Positions 37,238-47,669 of a stretch of DNA of 64,000 nt are shown here, in pieces. The notes below the pieces were generated by a model. The model had not been told where the DNA came from, did not search any database, and saw only the letters and a program-made list of their open reading frames with translations. A program made the position numbers and the translations under genes. This DNA comes from Spirochaetota bacterium (lineage in GTDB: Bacteria; Spirochaetota; UBA4802; JAFGDQ01): NCBI GenBank assembly GCA_043803405.1, contig JAZDKB010000047.1, positions 24,782 through 88,781 of the forward strand, in the 5' to 3' direction. Position 1 is the stretch's first letter. The number at the start of each line of letters is the position of its first letter.

Positions 37238-39304
37238 ATGCTTAAATCGCTCTTTATTTCACTTCTGCCTGTACCGGTCTTTTATTTAATATATTATCGT
37301 CATTTTATCGGCTACTACCGCTCGGAAGGAAAAAAAGCTGCGTATCTTAAACATCTGGAAGCGTTTCTTTCCGGAGCGGCTGTCGCGCTCGCGATCGTTT
37401 TGTTTTCATCATACCTTGAAAAAATATTCCCATCCTCATCAATTATTTACGAAGCGTTCATAAAAGCCGCATTAATCGAGAAAGCCGGAGCCTTTGTGAT
37501 TATTTTTATTATACAGAGGAATTATCCGGGCTTCAATATGCTCGAAGCTGTCGTATCCGGGATACTTGTTGGTACAGGCTTTTCCCTGGTCGAGAACGTT
37601 TTATACAGTCTTAATTACGGGAATTCCGTAATACTGCCTAGAGTTTTATTCTCTGCCCCTTTGCACATAACAACATGCGGATTAATAGGATATTTTACAG
37701 GCCTTTTTAATTTGAGTTCAACGGGATTATACCGTATCTCGAATATTTTAAAAGCGCTGATATTTCCTTTTATTTTACACGGACTGTATGATGTATTGCT
37801 CCTGAACGGCGGATCGGTATTATACCTGGTAGGTCCCATAATAATAGCAATTGCGGGAATACTGGAGCTTTATATTTCCTGGTCCAAGGTCGTTCCTTCG
37901 CGCGAAGCGCTTGCTCTGCAGAATCTCCGGTTTGAGGACTGGAAACTGAAACAAAGGCAGCCGCGCTACGAAAGATGGATACTTAATTCAATGGGAACTT
38001 CCTCCAGCGTTATTGTGCCGTTCTTTTCGCCTTACCGCGGAAAGCTGCTTTGGACTTTTGTGATCATCTTTTTTGCCGCAGGCGGAATATTCTTTCCGCT
38101 AAGGCACGAGATTGCGGGGCTGATAGGCAACCTTAAACCGGAGGAGGAAATACTGATCGCATCCATATTTCCCGTTTCAATAGGATTTATTCTGTCTATT
38201 GTCGGAAGCGTAAACTCAAAATTTTTTACCAGCAGCGTTGTGAGCCTTCCGGTTATTTTTGATGTTGTGATGCGGGATAAAGATTCCGAGCAGTATTTTG
38301 CTACTTTTGATATCACGCATGCAAATGCTTTTTTAATAACATTTGAACCAATAAATTTCGCTAATGGTGCCGAACTATATTTCGAAATGCCCGGTTTAAA
38401 ATCGATAAACATAAAATTTAAAGTTATCTGGGAGAATCATCATAATAAAGAAGGAGAACCGGCCGGTTCTATTATTGAGATTTTAGATCCGGGGATAAAA
38501 TTTTATTTATTTCTTATAAGATATTATCTTTTCAGGTTTAGAAAGGGTATAGTCTATAATCTTAAGCTTCCGGGGTTCCAGGCAATACGGCGGCTGTTCC
38601 TGCATCCATCCACAGTAATGCAGAGGGAAATAATTTACAGGCCAGGTACAAGGGTATTCAGCCAGGGCGATGAAGTAAACACGTTTTATTACATAAAAAA
38701 AGGTAAGGTGGATATATACAAGGAACTTGTCTCAGGTAAAAGGATACATATTGACACAATGGAGGCAGGGCAGATCTTTAATGAAATGGCCCTCCTTGGA
38801 GACAAGCGCAGATCCGTTACCGCAGAATGTCAGACAGTGTGCATACTTGCGGAAGCGGACGTGGATAACCTGGAAGCCCTTATACGGTACAATCCGGACT
38901 TTGCCTGCGCCCTTGTAAAAAAACTGGCGCAGCGGGCTGACCAGACCCAGGAGTATTTAACGCAGACAATAGAATATCTTCAGAGCCTTGTTGAGATCAA
39001 TACAAGGAAATCCCAGAATGTATCGATCCTCCTTGCTTTAACGCTGGGCAATATTCCGCTTAAAGACAGAAAAAGCTTTGAATTTGAAGTAGATGCAGAC
39101 GCAGTGTGCCGTGATTTAGATTTGAAGCCAGCAGAAATAATCGATTATATAAATTCTTCATTATCCTTTAGAGAAAATAATCAGAACATGATCAGCGCCG
39201 CCAAAGCCGCTCAACTGGAAAAGATGCTTTCCGAATACCAGGTAAAGCTGGTAAATAAAAATGAGAAGCCTGTATTAAGCTTCTCACTTAAAATTAAAAA
39301 TTAA
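37238..39304 (+). CDS. PrsW-family intramembrane protease domain fused to a cyclic-nucleotide-binding domain
   Basis: GTGFSLVEN, R.....PLH, LHGLYD (PrsW motifs); VFSQGD....FYYIKKGKV and FNEMALL....RSVT (cNMP domain). Confidence 0.85.
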   Translation: MLKSLFISLLPVPVFYLIYYRHFIGYYRSEGKKAAYLKHLEAFLSGAAVALAIVLFSSYLEKIFPSSSIIYEAFIKAALIEKAGAFVIIFIIQRNYPGFNMLEAVVSGILVGTGFSLVENVLYSLNYGNSVILPRVLFSAPLHITTCGLIGYFTGLFNLSSTGLYRISNILKALIFPFILHGLYDVLLLNGGSVLYLVGPIIIAIAGILELYISWSKVVPSREALALQNLRFEDWKLKQRQPRYERWILNSMGTSSSVIVPFFSPYRGKLLWTFVIIFFAAGGIFFPLRHEIAGLIGNLKPEEEILIASIFPVSIGFILSIVGSVNSKFFTSSVVSLPVIFDVVMRDKDSEQYFATFDITHANAFLITFEPINFANGAELYFEMPGLKSINIKFKVIWENHHNKEGEPAGSIIEILDPGIKFYLFLIRYYLFRFRKGIVYNLKLPGFQAIRRLFLHPSTVMQREIIYRPGTRVFSQGDEVNTFYYIKKGKVDIYKELVSGKRIHIDTMEAGQIFNEMALLGDKRRSVTAECQTVCILAEADVDNLEALIRYNPDFACALVKKLAQRADQTQEYLTQTIEYLQSLVEINTRKSQNVSILLALTLGNIPLKDRKSFEFEVDADAVCRDLDLKPAEIIDYINSSLSFRENNQNMISAAKAAQLEKMLSEYQVKLVNKNEKPVLSFSLKIKN

Positions 39305-39315
39305 TAATTATCTTT

Positions 39316-41340
39316 TCATTTTACCGCTTGCGCGCGTTTCCTGTTGTATGCGTAAAGACCTGCTAACGCAGCCAGTATTACAGTAAAAATCAAAACAATA
39401 TAAGGAATATTATGCTTTGCCGCATACAGCAGGTAAGCAGTGAACCCCGGGCCGGCGAGATTAAGAAAATCCTGATAACGGGTCTGGGCTTCGGTGTCGT
39501 TCAGCGGACGATTCAGTATTTCAACCCTGTCTATTATTCCGTTAAACCCAAGGTCCCCCCACGGGCTGTAAGAGAATGCATGATTCAGTTGCGCTCCTAT
39601 AACAAGCCCGCCTTCGCTGTTTTTTACTTCACCGACTGCCGTTTCCAGTGAAACGTCCTTAACGCCGTTAATATATATTGCCAGGTGAGTCGTATCCCAT
39701 ACCGCAAGTAAATGATACCATGTGTTCGTGTTAAGTTTTGTAATGCTGTCTATATAAGTATAATGATCCGCGTCCTGCTCTGTGTTGTGCACCAGGAATC
39801 GCAAAGTACCGTCAGTTCCGTTCAGTCCCCAGAACTGGAAGCTGTAAGTCTCGTCGCTAAAGTCGTTTAACACTCCCTTATGCACAATGCCTGCATAAGG
39901 ACGGTGCGTAACAGCTTTCAGAACTACTTCTATGCTGCCGCCGCTTGCAAGTGTAAGGGCGTCGCTGTCCGGCTGGTAAATGTAATCCGTTAATCCGTTA
40001 AACTGAAGCGCAGTGCCGGTTACGCCCGGTACCTGGGTAGTGCCCTGAACAGTATAACTTCCATCAGAAGTATATTCAAAATTCCAGATACCGGTTATAT
40101 CGCTTGCTTTTTCTGCTTTCACTGTGTAATCGCGGATTGATTCATTGTCTGCGGTTACTCTGTAAATTACGTCATTTGTAAAGTCATTCTGTGTAACACC
40201 GCTGGTTTGCTCAGTCCCGTTAACTTTTACGGAAACGCCTGTTGCAGCAAAAACAGCAATAAGATTTGTAAGATTTTTTGTTGAAGCGAATTTAACTGTA
40301 ATAATGTTGGAGTTTTCGTCAATAATGCCTGTTTCGCCGTCCAGAGTAAATAAGGTCAGTGCCTTCGCGTCGCTTTTCGCGACTGTTACTGTAACAGTAT
40401 AATCCTTTGCAGAGCCGTTTTCCGCAGTTACACGATAAATTTTCGAAGATGTAAAATCGTTGTGAGTGACGCCTGTTTCCTGAAGTCCGCTGTCAACAGT
40501 GACTGATTCGCCTAAGGACGTGAAATCAGCTACGAGGTCTGCTTTACCAGAACCGAACGGTAATACGCACTGTATGTCTGTTCCGCTGATAATTCCGGTT
40601 ACGTCCGAGACGAGCGATGGATTATAGTCTTTTATAAAAGCGAAGTAAGTGATATCGTTCCGCGTGTCTTTTTCAACAGAAACAGTTACAGTATAAGTGC
40701 GGCTCGATCCGTCATCCGCGTTTACAGTATATATCACAGGATTTGTGAAATCGTTCTGGGTTACACCGGACGTTTGAGCGGAATTATTGGCTATGATCGA
40801 TTTACCGATAAATGAGAAAGTTGCTTTTAATGAAGTCGCATCCGTATGCGGTGGAAGAGAAAGAACAATTGTACTTTTATCTTCGTCTATTGTCCCGGCT
40901 GTACCGTTGATGGAATAAGCAGTAATCTTTTTTTCGGTATTTTTTGCCTTTGTAACAATTATAGTATAATCACGCTTTGTATTGTCATCTGCAAAAACAG
41001 TGTAAGTTACGGAGCCGGTAAAATCATTCGTGGTTACCCCGCTTTCCTGGATGACGCCGTTAACTTCTATGTTACTGCTGTTGGTCACAAAATCGGCAAT
41101 TAAAGCATCAACAGATGCCGCATACGGGACTTCAAGCGAAATTGTATTGTCCTTTATCTGGCCTGTAACATCGGTTTTTATCCCATAAGACTTGTTTTTA
41201 TCACTGGTAAAAGTATAAGCTATTATTTCATTATTTGATCCGTTAAATCTGGGGGACTGGGATGATTTTGAAGAACCTCCGCAGTTTATCATCAATGGAA
41301 GAACTGCAGTACACAGGACAACATACAATAAATTTTTCAT
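39316..41340 (-). CDS. Surface lipoprotein with four Ig-like (DUF5018-like) repeats, LamG/ConA-like domain and C-terminal TM
   Basis: MINC lipobox-like; four copies of Q.[ST]GVT.NDFT....Y.V.A......YT; ALQFNG, NTWYH..AVWD, YING, FNG.ID. Confidence 0.85.
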   Translation of the reverse strand: MKNLLYVVLCTAVLPLMINCGGSSKSSQSPRFNGSNNEIIAYTFTSDKNKSYGIKTDVTGQIKDNTISLEVPYAASVDALIADFVTNSSNIEVNGVIQESGVTTNDFTGSVTYTVFADDNTKRDYTIIVTKAKNTEKKITAYSINGTAGTIDEDKSTIVLSLPPHTDATSLKATFSFIGKSIIANNSAQTSGVTQNDFTNPVIYTVNADDGSSRTYTVTVSVEKDTRNDITYFAFIKDYNPSLVSDVTGIISGTDIQCVLPFGSGKADLVADFTSLGESVTVDSGLQETGVTHNDFTSSKIYRVTAENGSAKDYTVTVTVAKSDAKALTLFTLDGETGIIDENSNIITVKFASTKNLTNLIAVFAATGVSVKVNGTEQTSGVTQNDFTNDVIYRVTADNESIRDYTVKAEKASDITGIWNFEYTSDGSYTVQGTTQVPGVTGTALQFNGLTDYIYQPDSDALTLASGGSIEVVLKAVTHRPYAGIVHKGVLNDFSDETYSFQFWGLNGTDGTLRFLVHNTEQDADHYTYIDSITKLNTNTWYHLLAVWDTTHLAIYINGVKDVSLETAVGEVKNSEGGLVIGAQLNHAFSYSPWGDLGFNGIIDRVEILNRPLNDTEAQTRYQDFLNLAGPGFTAYLLYAAKHNIPYIVLIFTVILAALAGLYAYNRKRAQAVK

Positions 41341-41613
41341 AATTTTTTCTCCGCAACGAATAAAAATTAATTCTATAATTTTATGGTTATATTATTATAT
41401 TTCTATTTATTGTTTTTATTATCGACATTTAGATTAAGCATATTAAAATATAATTTTGTTGAAGATAATGCAATATCTGCAAGTCATCTTAAAATTAGTT
41501 TTATAATGTATTTCAGTTTAAAGTCAGCTATTTATATTAAATTATCATGAAGGCCAGATTGCGGAATCAATACTATTTGCTCAGATCATATATAAAAATA
41601 TCTGAAAATTAAA

Positions 41614-41644
41614 AGCAGCAAAGGGCAGGGCGCCCTTTGCTGTT
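41614..41644 (-). terminator. Intrinsic terminator of clpB
   Basis: aacagcaaagggc-gccct-gccctttgctgct followed by a T-rich run on the minus strand, just after the stop. Confidence 0.85.
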
Positions 41645-41649
41645 AAATA

Positions 41650-44229
41650 CTATTTAAACACAAACCCGTTTCCGTCAAAATCTATTTTCACCTTATGTTC
41701 AGCTTCTATTTCGCCTTCAAGAAGCCTGACTGACAAAGGATTTAGAAGATATTTCTGGATCGCGCGTTTAAGCGGCCGCGCGCCGAACTGCGGGTCAAAA
41801 CCGACTTCTACAAGATGTTCCAGGGCCTTTTTCGTAAGCTCAAGATTTATCCCTTTTTCTTTAAGCCTTTTACCTACATCGTTCAGCTGAAGCACTGTTA
41901 TTTCTTTTATCTTTTCCTTATCAAGAGGATTAAAGATAATTATTTCATCTACCCTGTTTAAAAATTCAGGTTTAAAGTTCTGTTTAAGCTCAAGCTCAAC
42001 GCCTTTTCGCCTTTCCTCCATTGGGATAGACTCATTGGCAATATAAGAAGTGCCAAGGTTCGATGTCATAACTATGAGCGTGTTCTTAAAATCGACAACG
42101 CGGCCTTTGGAGTCTGTAAGGCGTCCTTCATCGAGAATTTGCAAAAAGATGTTGAACACATCGTGATGTGCTTTCTCAATTTCGTCGAAAAGGATAACTG
42201 CGTACGGGCGCCTGCGGACAGCTTCCGTGAGCTGGCCTCCTTCGTCGTAACCGATATATCCCGGAGGTGCGCCAATCAGACGCGAAACAGCGTGCTTTTC
42301 CATATACTCCGACATATCTATCCTTACTATTGCCTTTTCATCGTTGAAAAGGAACTCTGCGACCGCTTTTGCAGTCTCGGTCTTCCCTACGCCGGTAGGC
42401 CCAAGGAATATAAACGAACCCATTGGACGGTTGGCATCCTGCAGACCCGACCTTGAGCGCCGTACAGCATCGGAGATAGCTGTTATTGCTTCGTCCTGGC
42501 CCACAACGCGAGCTTTAATGATCTTTTCCATTTGAAGGACTTTTGCTTTCTCGCCTTCCAGCATTTTTGTAACAGGAATGCCTGTCCATCTGGATACTAC
42601 TGCGGCAATTTCCTGTTCTGTTACTTCTTCTTTAAGCAGCTTTCTGTCTTTCTGTATTACAGCCAGCTTTTTGTTCATCTCTTCAACATTCTTTTCCAGG
42701 GTGATTATCTTGCCGTATCTCAGTTCTGCAACCAGGTTCAGGTTGCCTTCTCTTTCCGCTTTCTGCTCATCGAGCTTTAAGCGTTCGATCTCACCCTTTG
42801 CTTTTCTTATTTCGGAAATCACGTTTTTTTCATTCTGCCACTGGCCGACCAGGGAATTTTTCTTTTCATTAAGATTTGCAAGCTCCTCATCTATTTTACC
42901 AAGCCTTTCCTTTGAAGCCTTGTCTTTTTCTTTTTTTACAGCCTGCTTTTCAATTGAAAGCTGGCGTATCCTTCTCTCGATCTCATCAAGCTCCAGAGGC
43001 ATTGAATCGATCTCCATTTTAATAAGCGAAGCTGACTCGTCAATAAGGTCTACGGCCTTATCCGGCAGAAACCGGTTTGTAATATACCTGTCCGAAAGCA
43101 CTGCGGCAGCAACTACAGCAGAGTCGGAGATACGCACGCCGTGATGGACCTCGTACTTTTCCTTCAGGCCGCGAAGTATTGCGATTGTATCGTCCACAGT
43201 GGGTTCGCTTGTAAAGACAGGCTGAAATCTTCTTTCGAGAGCTTTATCTTTTTCTATATATTTCTGATATTCGTTAAGAGTTGTGGCACCTATGCAGCGC
43301 AATGTACCGCGCGCGAGGGCCGGTTTAAGCATGTTGGACGCGTCTATAGCGCCTTCTGCAGCGCCTGCTCCTACCAGAGTATGCAGTTCATCAATAAACA
43401 AAATGATCTCGCCCTCGGAATTCTCAACTTCATCAACAACAGCTTTTAGCCTTTCTTCAAATTCTCCCCTGTACTTTGCTCCTGCAAGCAAAGATCCCAT
43501 ATCGAGTGCTACCAGTCTTTTGTTTTTAAGATTTTCGGGCACATCGCCTGTAACTATTCTTATCGCAAGACCTTCAACTATAGCTGTCTTTCCGACACCC
43601 GGTTCCCCAATCAGCACAGGATTATTTTTAGTTCTTCTTGTCAGCACCTGCATAATCCTTCTGATCTCTTCGCCGCGGCCTATGACCGGATCGAGTTTAT
43701 TTATTCTGGCGAGCTTGGTCAGGTCTCTTGAATACTTTTCAAGCGGATCATATTTTTCTTCGGCATGTTCATCGACAGCTCTTTTGTTCCCGCGAATATC
43801 TTTTAATACTTTTAAAATGTTTTCCCTGATAAAACCATGACCGTTGAGTATCTTCTTTGCATTATTACTGCCTTTTGATGAAAGCGCAATAATCAAATGC
43901 TCAGTGCTCAAATATTCATCTTTCAATTTTACAGCTTCGTTCCATGCTTCGTTCAGCACTTCATCCAGTGAATGGGATAAAGCTGCTCCGCCAGGGCCGC
44001 CACCGGTCTGTCTTGGCAAATTAGATATAATTATATCGATTTCGTCATTAATATGATGAACAGATGCGCCTATCTTCTGGGCAATTGTTTCAAATATACC
44101 GCTTTCCTGCAAAATCAGGGCTTTTAACAGATGTTCAGGCTGTATTTCATGCTGATTATTCTCAGTTGCTATGCTTTGCGCTTTTTGAAGCACATCCTGA
44201 GTCTTTAATGTCAATTTATCCATACGCAT
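41650..44229 (-). CDS. clpB: ATP-dependent chaperone ClpB
   Basis: 859 aa, two AAA+ modules ([16 protein letters not shown]), long M-domain coiled coil. Confidence 0.98.
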   Translation of the reverse strand: MRMDKLTLKTQDVLQKAQSIATENNQHEIQPEHLLKALILQESGIFETIAQKIGASVHHINDEIDIIISNLPRQTGGGPGGAALSHSLDEVLNEAWNEAVKLKDEYLSTEHLIIALSSKGSNNAKKILNGHGFIRENILKVLKDIRGNKRAVDEHAEEKYDPLEKYSRDLTKLARINKLDPVIGRGEEIRRIMQVLTRRTKNNPVLIGEPGVGKTAIVEGLAIRIVTGDVPENLKNKRLVALDMGSLLAGAKYRGEFEERLKAVVDEVENSEGEIILFIDELHTLVGAGAAEGAIDASNMLKPALARGTLRCIGATTLNEYQKYIEKDKALERRFQPVFTSEPTVDDTIAILRGLKEKYEVHHGVRISDSAVVAAAVLSDRYITNRFLPDKAVDLIDESASLIKMEIDSMPLELDEIERRIRQLSIEKQAVKKEKDKASKERLGKIDEELANLNEKKNSLVGQWQNEKNVISEIRKAKGEIERLKLDEQKAEREGNLNLVAELRYGKIITLEKNVEEMNKKLAVIQKDRKLLKEEVTEQEIAAVVSRWTGIPVTKMLEGEKAKVLQMEKIIKARVVGQDEAITAISDAVRRSRSGLQDANRPMGSFIFLGPTGVGKTETAKAVAEFLFNDEKAIVRIDMSEYMEKHAVSRLIGAPPGYIGYDEGGQLTEAVRRRPYAVILFDEIEKAHHDVFNIFLQILDEGRLTDSKGRVVDFKNTLIVMTSNLGTSYIANESIPMEERRKGVELELKQNFKPEFLNRVDEIIIFNPLDKEKIKEITVLQLNDVGKRLKEKGINLELTKKALEHLVEVGFDPQFGARPLKRAIQKYLLNPLSVRLLEGEIEAEHKVKIDFDGNGFVFK

Positions 44230-44315
44230 ATATATTTTTCTCCTGATCTAAATCATATTTAACATCATTAAATTGTACTTTGCAAGAAATTTAATGATTT
44301 ATCTTCTATCAAATA

Positions 44316-44342
44316 TTGGCACTCTCTTAAATAGAGTGCTAA
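44316..44342 (-). promoter_or_regulatory. CIRCE element (HrcA operator)
   Basis: Minus strand TTAGCACTC-N9-GAGTGCCAA, one mismatch from consensus, upstream of clpB. Confidence 0.93.
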
Positions 44343-44356
44343 TTATTCTTATTATT

Positions 44357-44385
44357 ATCATAATAAATAATTTTATAATAGTCAA
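44357..44385 (-). promoter_or_regulatory. Sigma70-type promoter of clpB
   Basis: TTGACT-N17-TATGAT, 14 nt upstream of the CIRCE. Confidence 0.8.
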
Positions 44386-44525
44386 TAACTGACATAATAA
44401 AGAACCAAATAAAACAGCAAAACAATTGTGTAATAAAAATATTTTTGTTGAAAATAATAAAATAATAATGCTAATGGACTCTGCAATTTATATATTTAAT
44501 TGTGAATACTAAACTGGTAAGATAA

Positions 44526-44885
44526 ATGAAAAAAATTGACGAATATCATGAATTAATAATGATGCACCCGATTGAGCTGAAAGGTGATTATAAATCCAAA
44601 AGAATCTGGATAAATGATAAGGAATTAATTCCGGAATTCAGCCGGAAATTATATAATCATTCAGGGGATGGTTTTGACTGGGCTCATTCAGGGAGTGGGG
44701 CAGCCCAGCTTGCGCTCGCTGTTCTGTTTGAGTTGACAAATAATAAAAAAATTTCCATGATTCTGCACCATGTATTTAAAAACGATTACGTTAAAAATTT
44801 ACCGCCGTCGGATTTTAAAATTAAAATAAATATGGGGAACTGGTTTATTAAACAACTCAGTAAAAATTATATGTTCCCTGAATAA
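44526..44885 (+). CDS. DUF6166-like protein
   Basis: S..L.NHS.DGFDW...GSGAAQLALA.L, FK...V..LP. Confidence 0.75.
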   Translation: MKKIDEYHELIMMHPIELKGDYKSKRIWINDKELIPEFSRKLYNHSGDGFDWAHSGSGAAQLALAVLFELTNNKKISMILHHVFKNDYVKNLPPSDFKIKINMGNWFIKQLSKNYMFPE

Positions 44886-44904
44886 CGAATTTTATTTTAT
44901 TTAG

Positions 44905-46611
44905 TTATTGTCCCTCGCGGATATCATATTCTCTTCTCAGGATTTCTATCTTATCGGCTTTAACGTCAATGAACCATACAGGCGGTGTTAAAAGACCGCT
45001 GCTTGTATACTTGTCAGGATTTTTTATTATAGTACTTAAATCTGTCTTTATTAATTCTGGCAGAAATTCGCTGCCGAACCCGGTTACAAATAAATCCGGA
45101 TCAAAGGCAATGCCGTAAGGTTCATTGGCGCTTTTTTTAATAGTAACTCCAAGCGGAAAAGAAGTTTTATTTAATTCATTATTTTTAATAATATTCAGGT
45201 CATTATCGGTTTTAATTTGAATCCATAACGAAATATTTCCGCCGGTTATAAGCGCTTTGGCAATCGGTTTTTTATATTGAATCTTGCCAAAAGCACCGGA
45301 AAAATCGTTTCCGATCTGATGCATAATCGAAGCAATATTATTTTCGGGAGTTGAGGAATTTATTATTTTTGTTTGAGTTATTACAGGATAATACTTGGAT
45401 AAATTATAAGGATTTATATTATATTTTTTGTCATCGTAAAGAATTTCATTTAAAAATGATTTTGGCTTTTCAATGGAAGAAAATTTATTTTTTTTATCTT
45501 CGAATAAACCGTTCTTCCATGCATCATCGTAAACCAGGCTATGAAATATTCTGCCTCCCTGAAAAAAAATATCAATAGCATCGCCTTTCTCGTTAAATAA
45601 ACTCTGATGATATGATGTCTCGCTGTACTGTCCTGAACCGGCAGATGCAAACTGCTTTAAAGCTGCGGCTGAATCCTCCTTAAGCAATCCAAGCGAAACA
45701 GTATAAACGGCTATTCTTTTTAATTTTGCGTTCAGTGCATATTGCTCAAAAAATTTTCCCTCTATTTTATCTGAGTTTGATATTATGATCAATAATTTTT
45801 CGGATTTCAATCTCCAGGGATAATTCTTCACTGAATAGCTCAAAGCTTTTTCAAAGCTTTTCAGGGAATTGTTGCCTGCCGGAATGACCTTATCCAGTTT
45901 CTCACTTATTGCAATATACGATCTTAAACCCGATAATTTATTTAAATCGGGAAACTTGTCAGAAAACGGTATAATACTGATTTCGGTATCCAGGTTCCAG
46001 TTTTCTGAAACTGTATTTGCAAAGTCTTTAATTCCGTTCTTAACAGAGTCCCATTCTTCAGATATTTTATAAGAGAGATCGGTTACTATTACCGAATCGA
46101 TTTGCCTGTCAACCGGCGTTCTTTTTTTTGCAGAAAAAGCAAAAAAAATTTCCTTTGTCTCTTCGCCTGCAAGTTTAAATAAGCTCCTGGAAGAAACATG
46201 GCTTTTTGATATGATTTTCTTTTTTTTTAGAGAATACAGAATACTATCGGAAGTATACGTGCCTTTCCTTTTCGCAAGCGTACCGACTAAAATATAATCG
46301 GCATTTCCCATAGTACCGGTTTTTATAATATCGTTTTCAGTAATAGTTCTCTGGGAATTAAGCGAATTTTTTTTCAGCAGGCCGTCAACTTTAGCATGAG
46401 ATATTATGGATATTCTTTTTGTAAGCCCAGCAGCAAGTGAAACAAGTTTAGCATATTCTTTTCCTGTTTCTATAGTAAAACTATCGGTTGGATTATCTAT
46501 CTTATATGGGATTACAGCTGTTTCCTGCTGTGCGTTTAAATTTGCCGCAGGAGATATCATTAATGTTATTACTATAATTATATAATAAAATCTCATACTA
46601 TACTCTGTCAT
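44905..46611 (-). CDS. Exported protein with CsgG/TolB-N-like N-terminus and vWA-like domain
   Basis: Signal peptide, ADYILVG; IVTDLSY.I..E...VK, AL......PWR....K.LIII, L...A..G.G.Y; MIDAS motif degenerate. Confidence 0.7.
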   Translation of the reverse strand: MTEYSMRFYYIIIVITLMISPAANLNAQQETAVIPYKIDNPTDSFTIETGKEYAKLVSLAAGLTKRISIISHAKVDGLLKKNSLNSQRTITENDIIKTGTMGNADYILVGTLAKRKGTYTSDSILYSLKKKKIISKSHVSSRSLFKLAGEETKEIFFAFSAKKRTPVDRQIDSVIVTDLSYKISEEWDSVKNGIKDFANTVSENWNLDTEISIIPFSDKFPDLNKLSGLRSYIAISEKLDKVIPAGNNSLKSFEKALSYSVKNYPWRLKSEKLLIIISNSDKIEGKFFEQYALNAKLKRIAVYTVSLGLLKEDSAAALKQFASAGSGQYSETSYHQSLFNEKGDAIDIFFQGGRIFHSLVYDDAWKNGLFEDKKNKFSSIEKPKSFLNEILYDDKKYNINPYNLSKYYPVITQTKIINSSTPENNIASIMHQIGNDFSGAFGKIQYKKPIAKALITGGNISLWIQIKTDNDLNIIKNNELNKTSFPLGVTIKKSANEPYGIAFDPDLFVTGFGSEFLPELIKTDLSTIIKNPDKYTSSGLLTPPVWFIDVKADKIEILRREYDIREGQ

Positions 46612-46629
46612 TTTATCCTTACTAAGAAT

Positions 46630-47664
46630 TTATGTCTTATGCCATTTAAACAGTAATGAACCGCTGATTAAAAATACGGCAGACATAATTATCAATATAA
46701 TTATATTATAGCGTATTTCGTAAAGACCAAGTCCGTCATTCATAATTTTCCTTGCACCGTCAACTAGATGGGTTAGGGGAAAAAACTTTGATATCTTTAC
46801 TATTATCGGATTGGATCCCTCAAGAGAAAACCACACTTGCGAAAAAATCATCATAGGCCAGGTAATTATATTAAGCAGGCCGTCTGCCAGCTCTTCGCTG
46901 CTGCTTCTGGATGCTACAAGCAGCCCTAGAGAAATCATGCTGAAGCCTCCAAGCGCAAATATTAAAAACAGGTTTAAAAACGACCCGCGTGTCTCAAACT
47001 TATAAACCAGCGAACATCCGGTAAATACTGTGGATGTAGTTACAAGCATTACCAGCATTCTCGAAAGCACCTGTGCCGTTAAAAATTCAAAAGGCCTGGT
47101 AGGTGTTACGCTTATTCTTTTCAGGACACCGTTCTTTCTGTAACGGACTACAACGAATCCGACACCAAACAGGCAATTGAACATCATATTCAAACCCAGA
47201 ATACCGGGAAACAACCATTCAATATAAGCTATCTTTATGCCTGTTATTATTTGTCGCTTATAACCATCTTTTGTATTTAACCTGCCTGAGTGAAGAAGGG
47301 TTTCCAGTATATATCCTTTTGCTGACGATGAACTTACCCAGTATTCTTTCGAGTCGGTACTTATTAGAATGTCTACATGATGATGTTTAAGTTTATCAAG
47401 GCCTTCGTTTGCTGAATTAAAATTGATGAAGTTAATATATTTGATTGTTTTAAAGGAAGCAAACTGGCCATCTGTAATTATTTTAGTATTGTCTGCATTA
47501 ATAACGCCGACCTTGTAAAGCGTTTGTGTATCCTCGTTAAATGAAAAGCTGAGAGCTGCTATTATAAAAAAAGGAAATATCAGATTCCACAGGAATGCGG
47601 ATTTATCCCTGTAGAATTCTTTATTCCTGGCAACAAAAAGAGTCCAAATTCTTTTCCATATCAT
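46630..47664 (-). CDS. ABC-2 type transporter permease
   Basis: R.K....W...FP, Y..WLFPGILG, R..GVLKR...TP, FPLTH. Confidence 0.9.
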   Translation of the reverse strand: MIWKRIWTLFVARNKEFYRDKSAFLWNLIFPFFIIAALSFSFNEDTQTLYKVGVINADNTKIITDGQFASFKTIKYINFINFNSANEGLDKLKHHHVDILISTDSKEYWVSSSSAKGYILETLLHSGRLNTKDGYKRQIITGIKIAYIEWLFPGILGLNMMFNCLFGVGFVVVRYRKNGVLKRISVTPTRPFEFLTAQVLSRMLVMLVTTSTVFTGCSLVYKFETRGSFLNLFLIFALGGFSMISLGLLVASRSSSEELADGLLNIITWPMMIFSQVWFSLEGSNPIIVKISKFFPLTHLVDGARKIMNDGLGLYEIRYNIIILIIMSAVFLISGSLLFKWHKT

Positions 47665-47669
47665 AAATA

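Noticed and set aside
41650..44246. Long antisense ORFs inside clpB (likewise in mfd, RND, ugd, hflX)
   Set aside because: Shadow frames of conserved genes; Ser/Phe/Ile-rich translations expected from codon bias.
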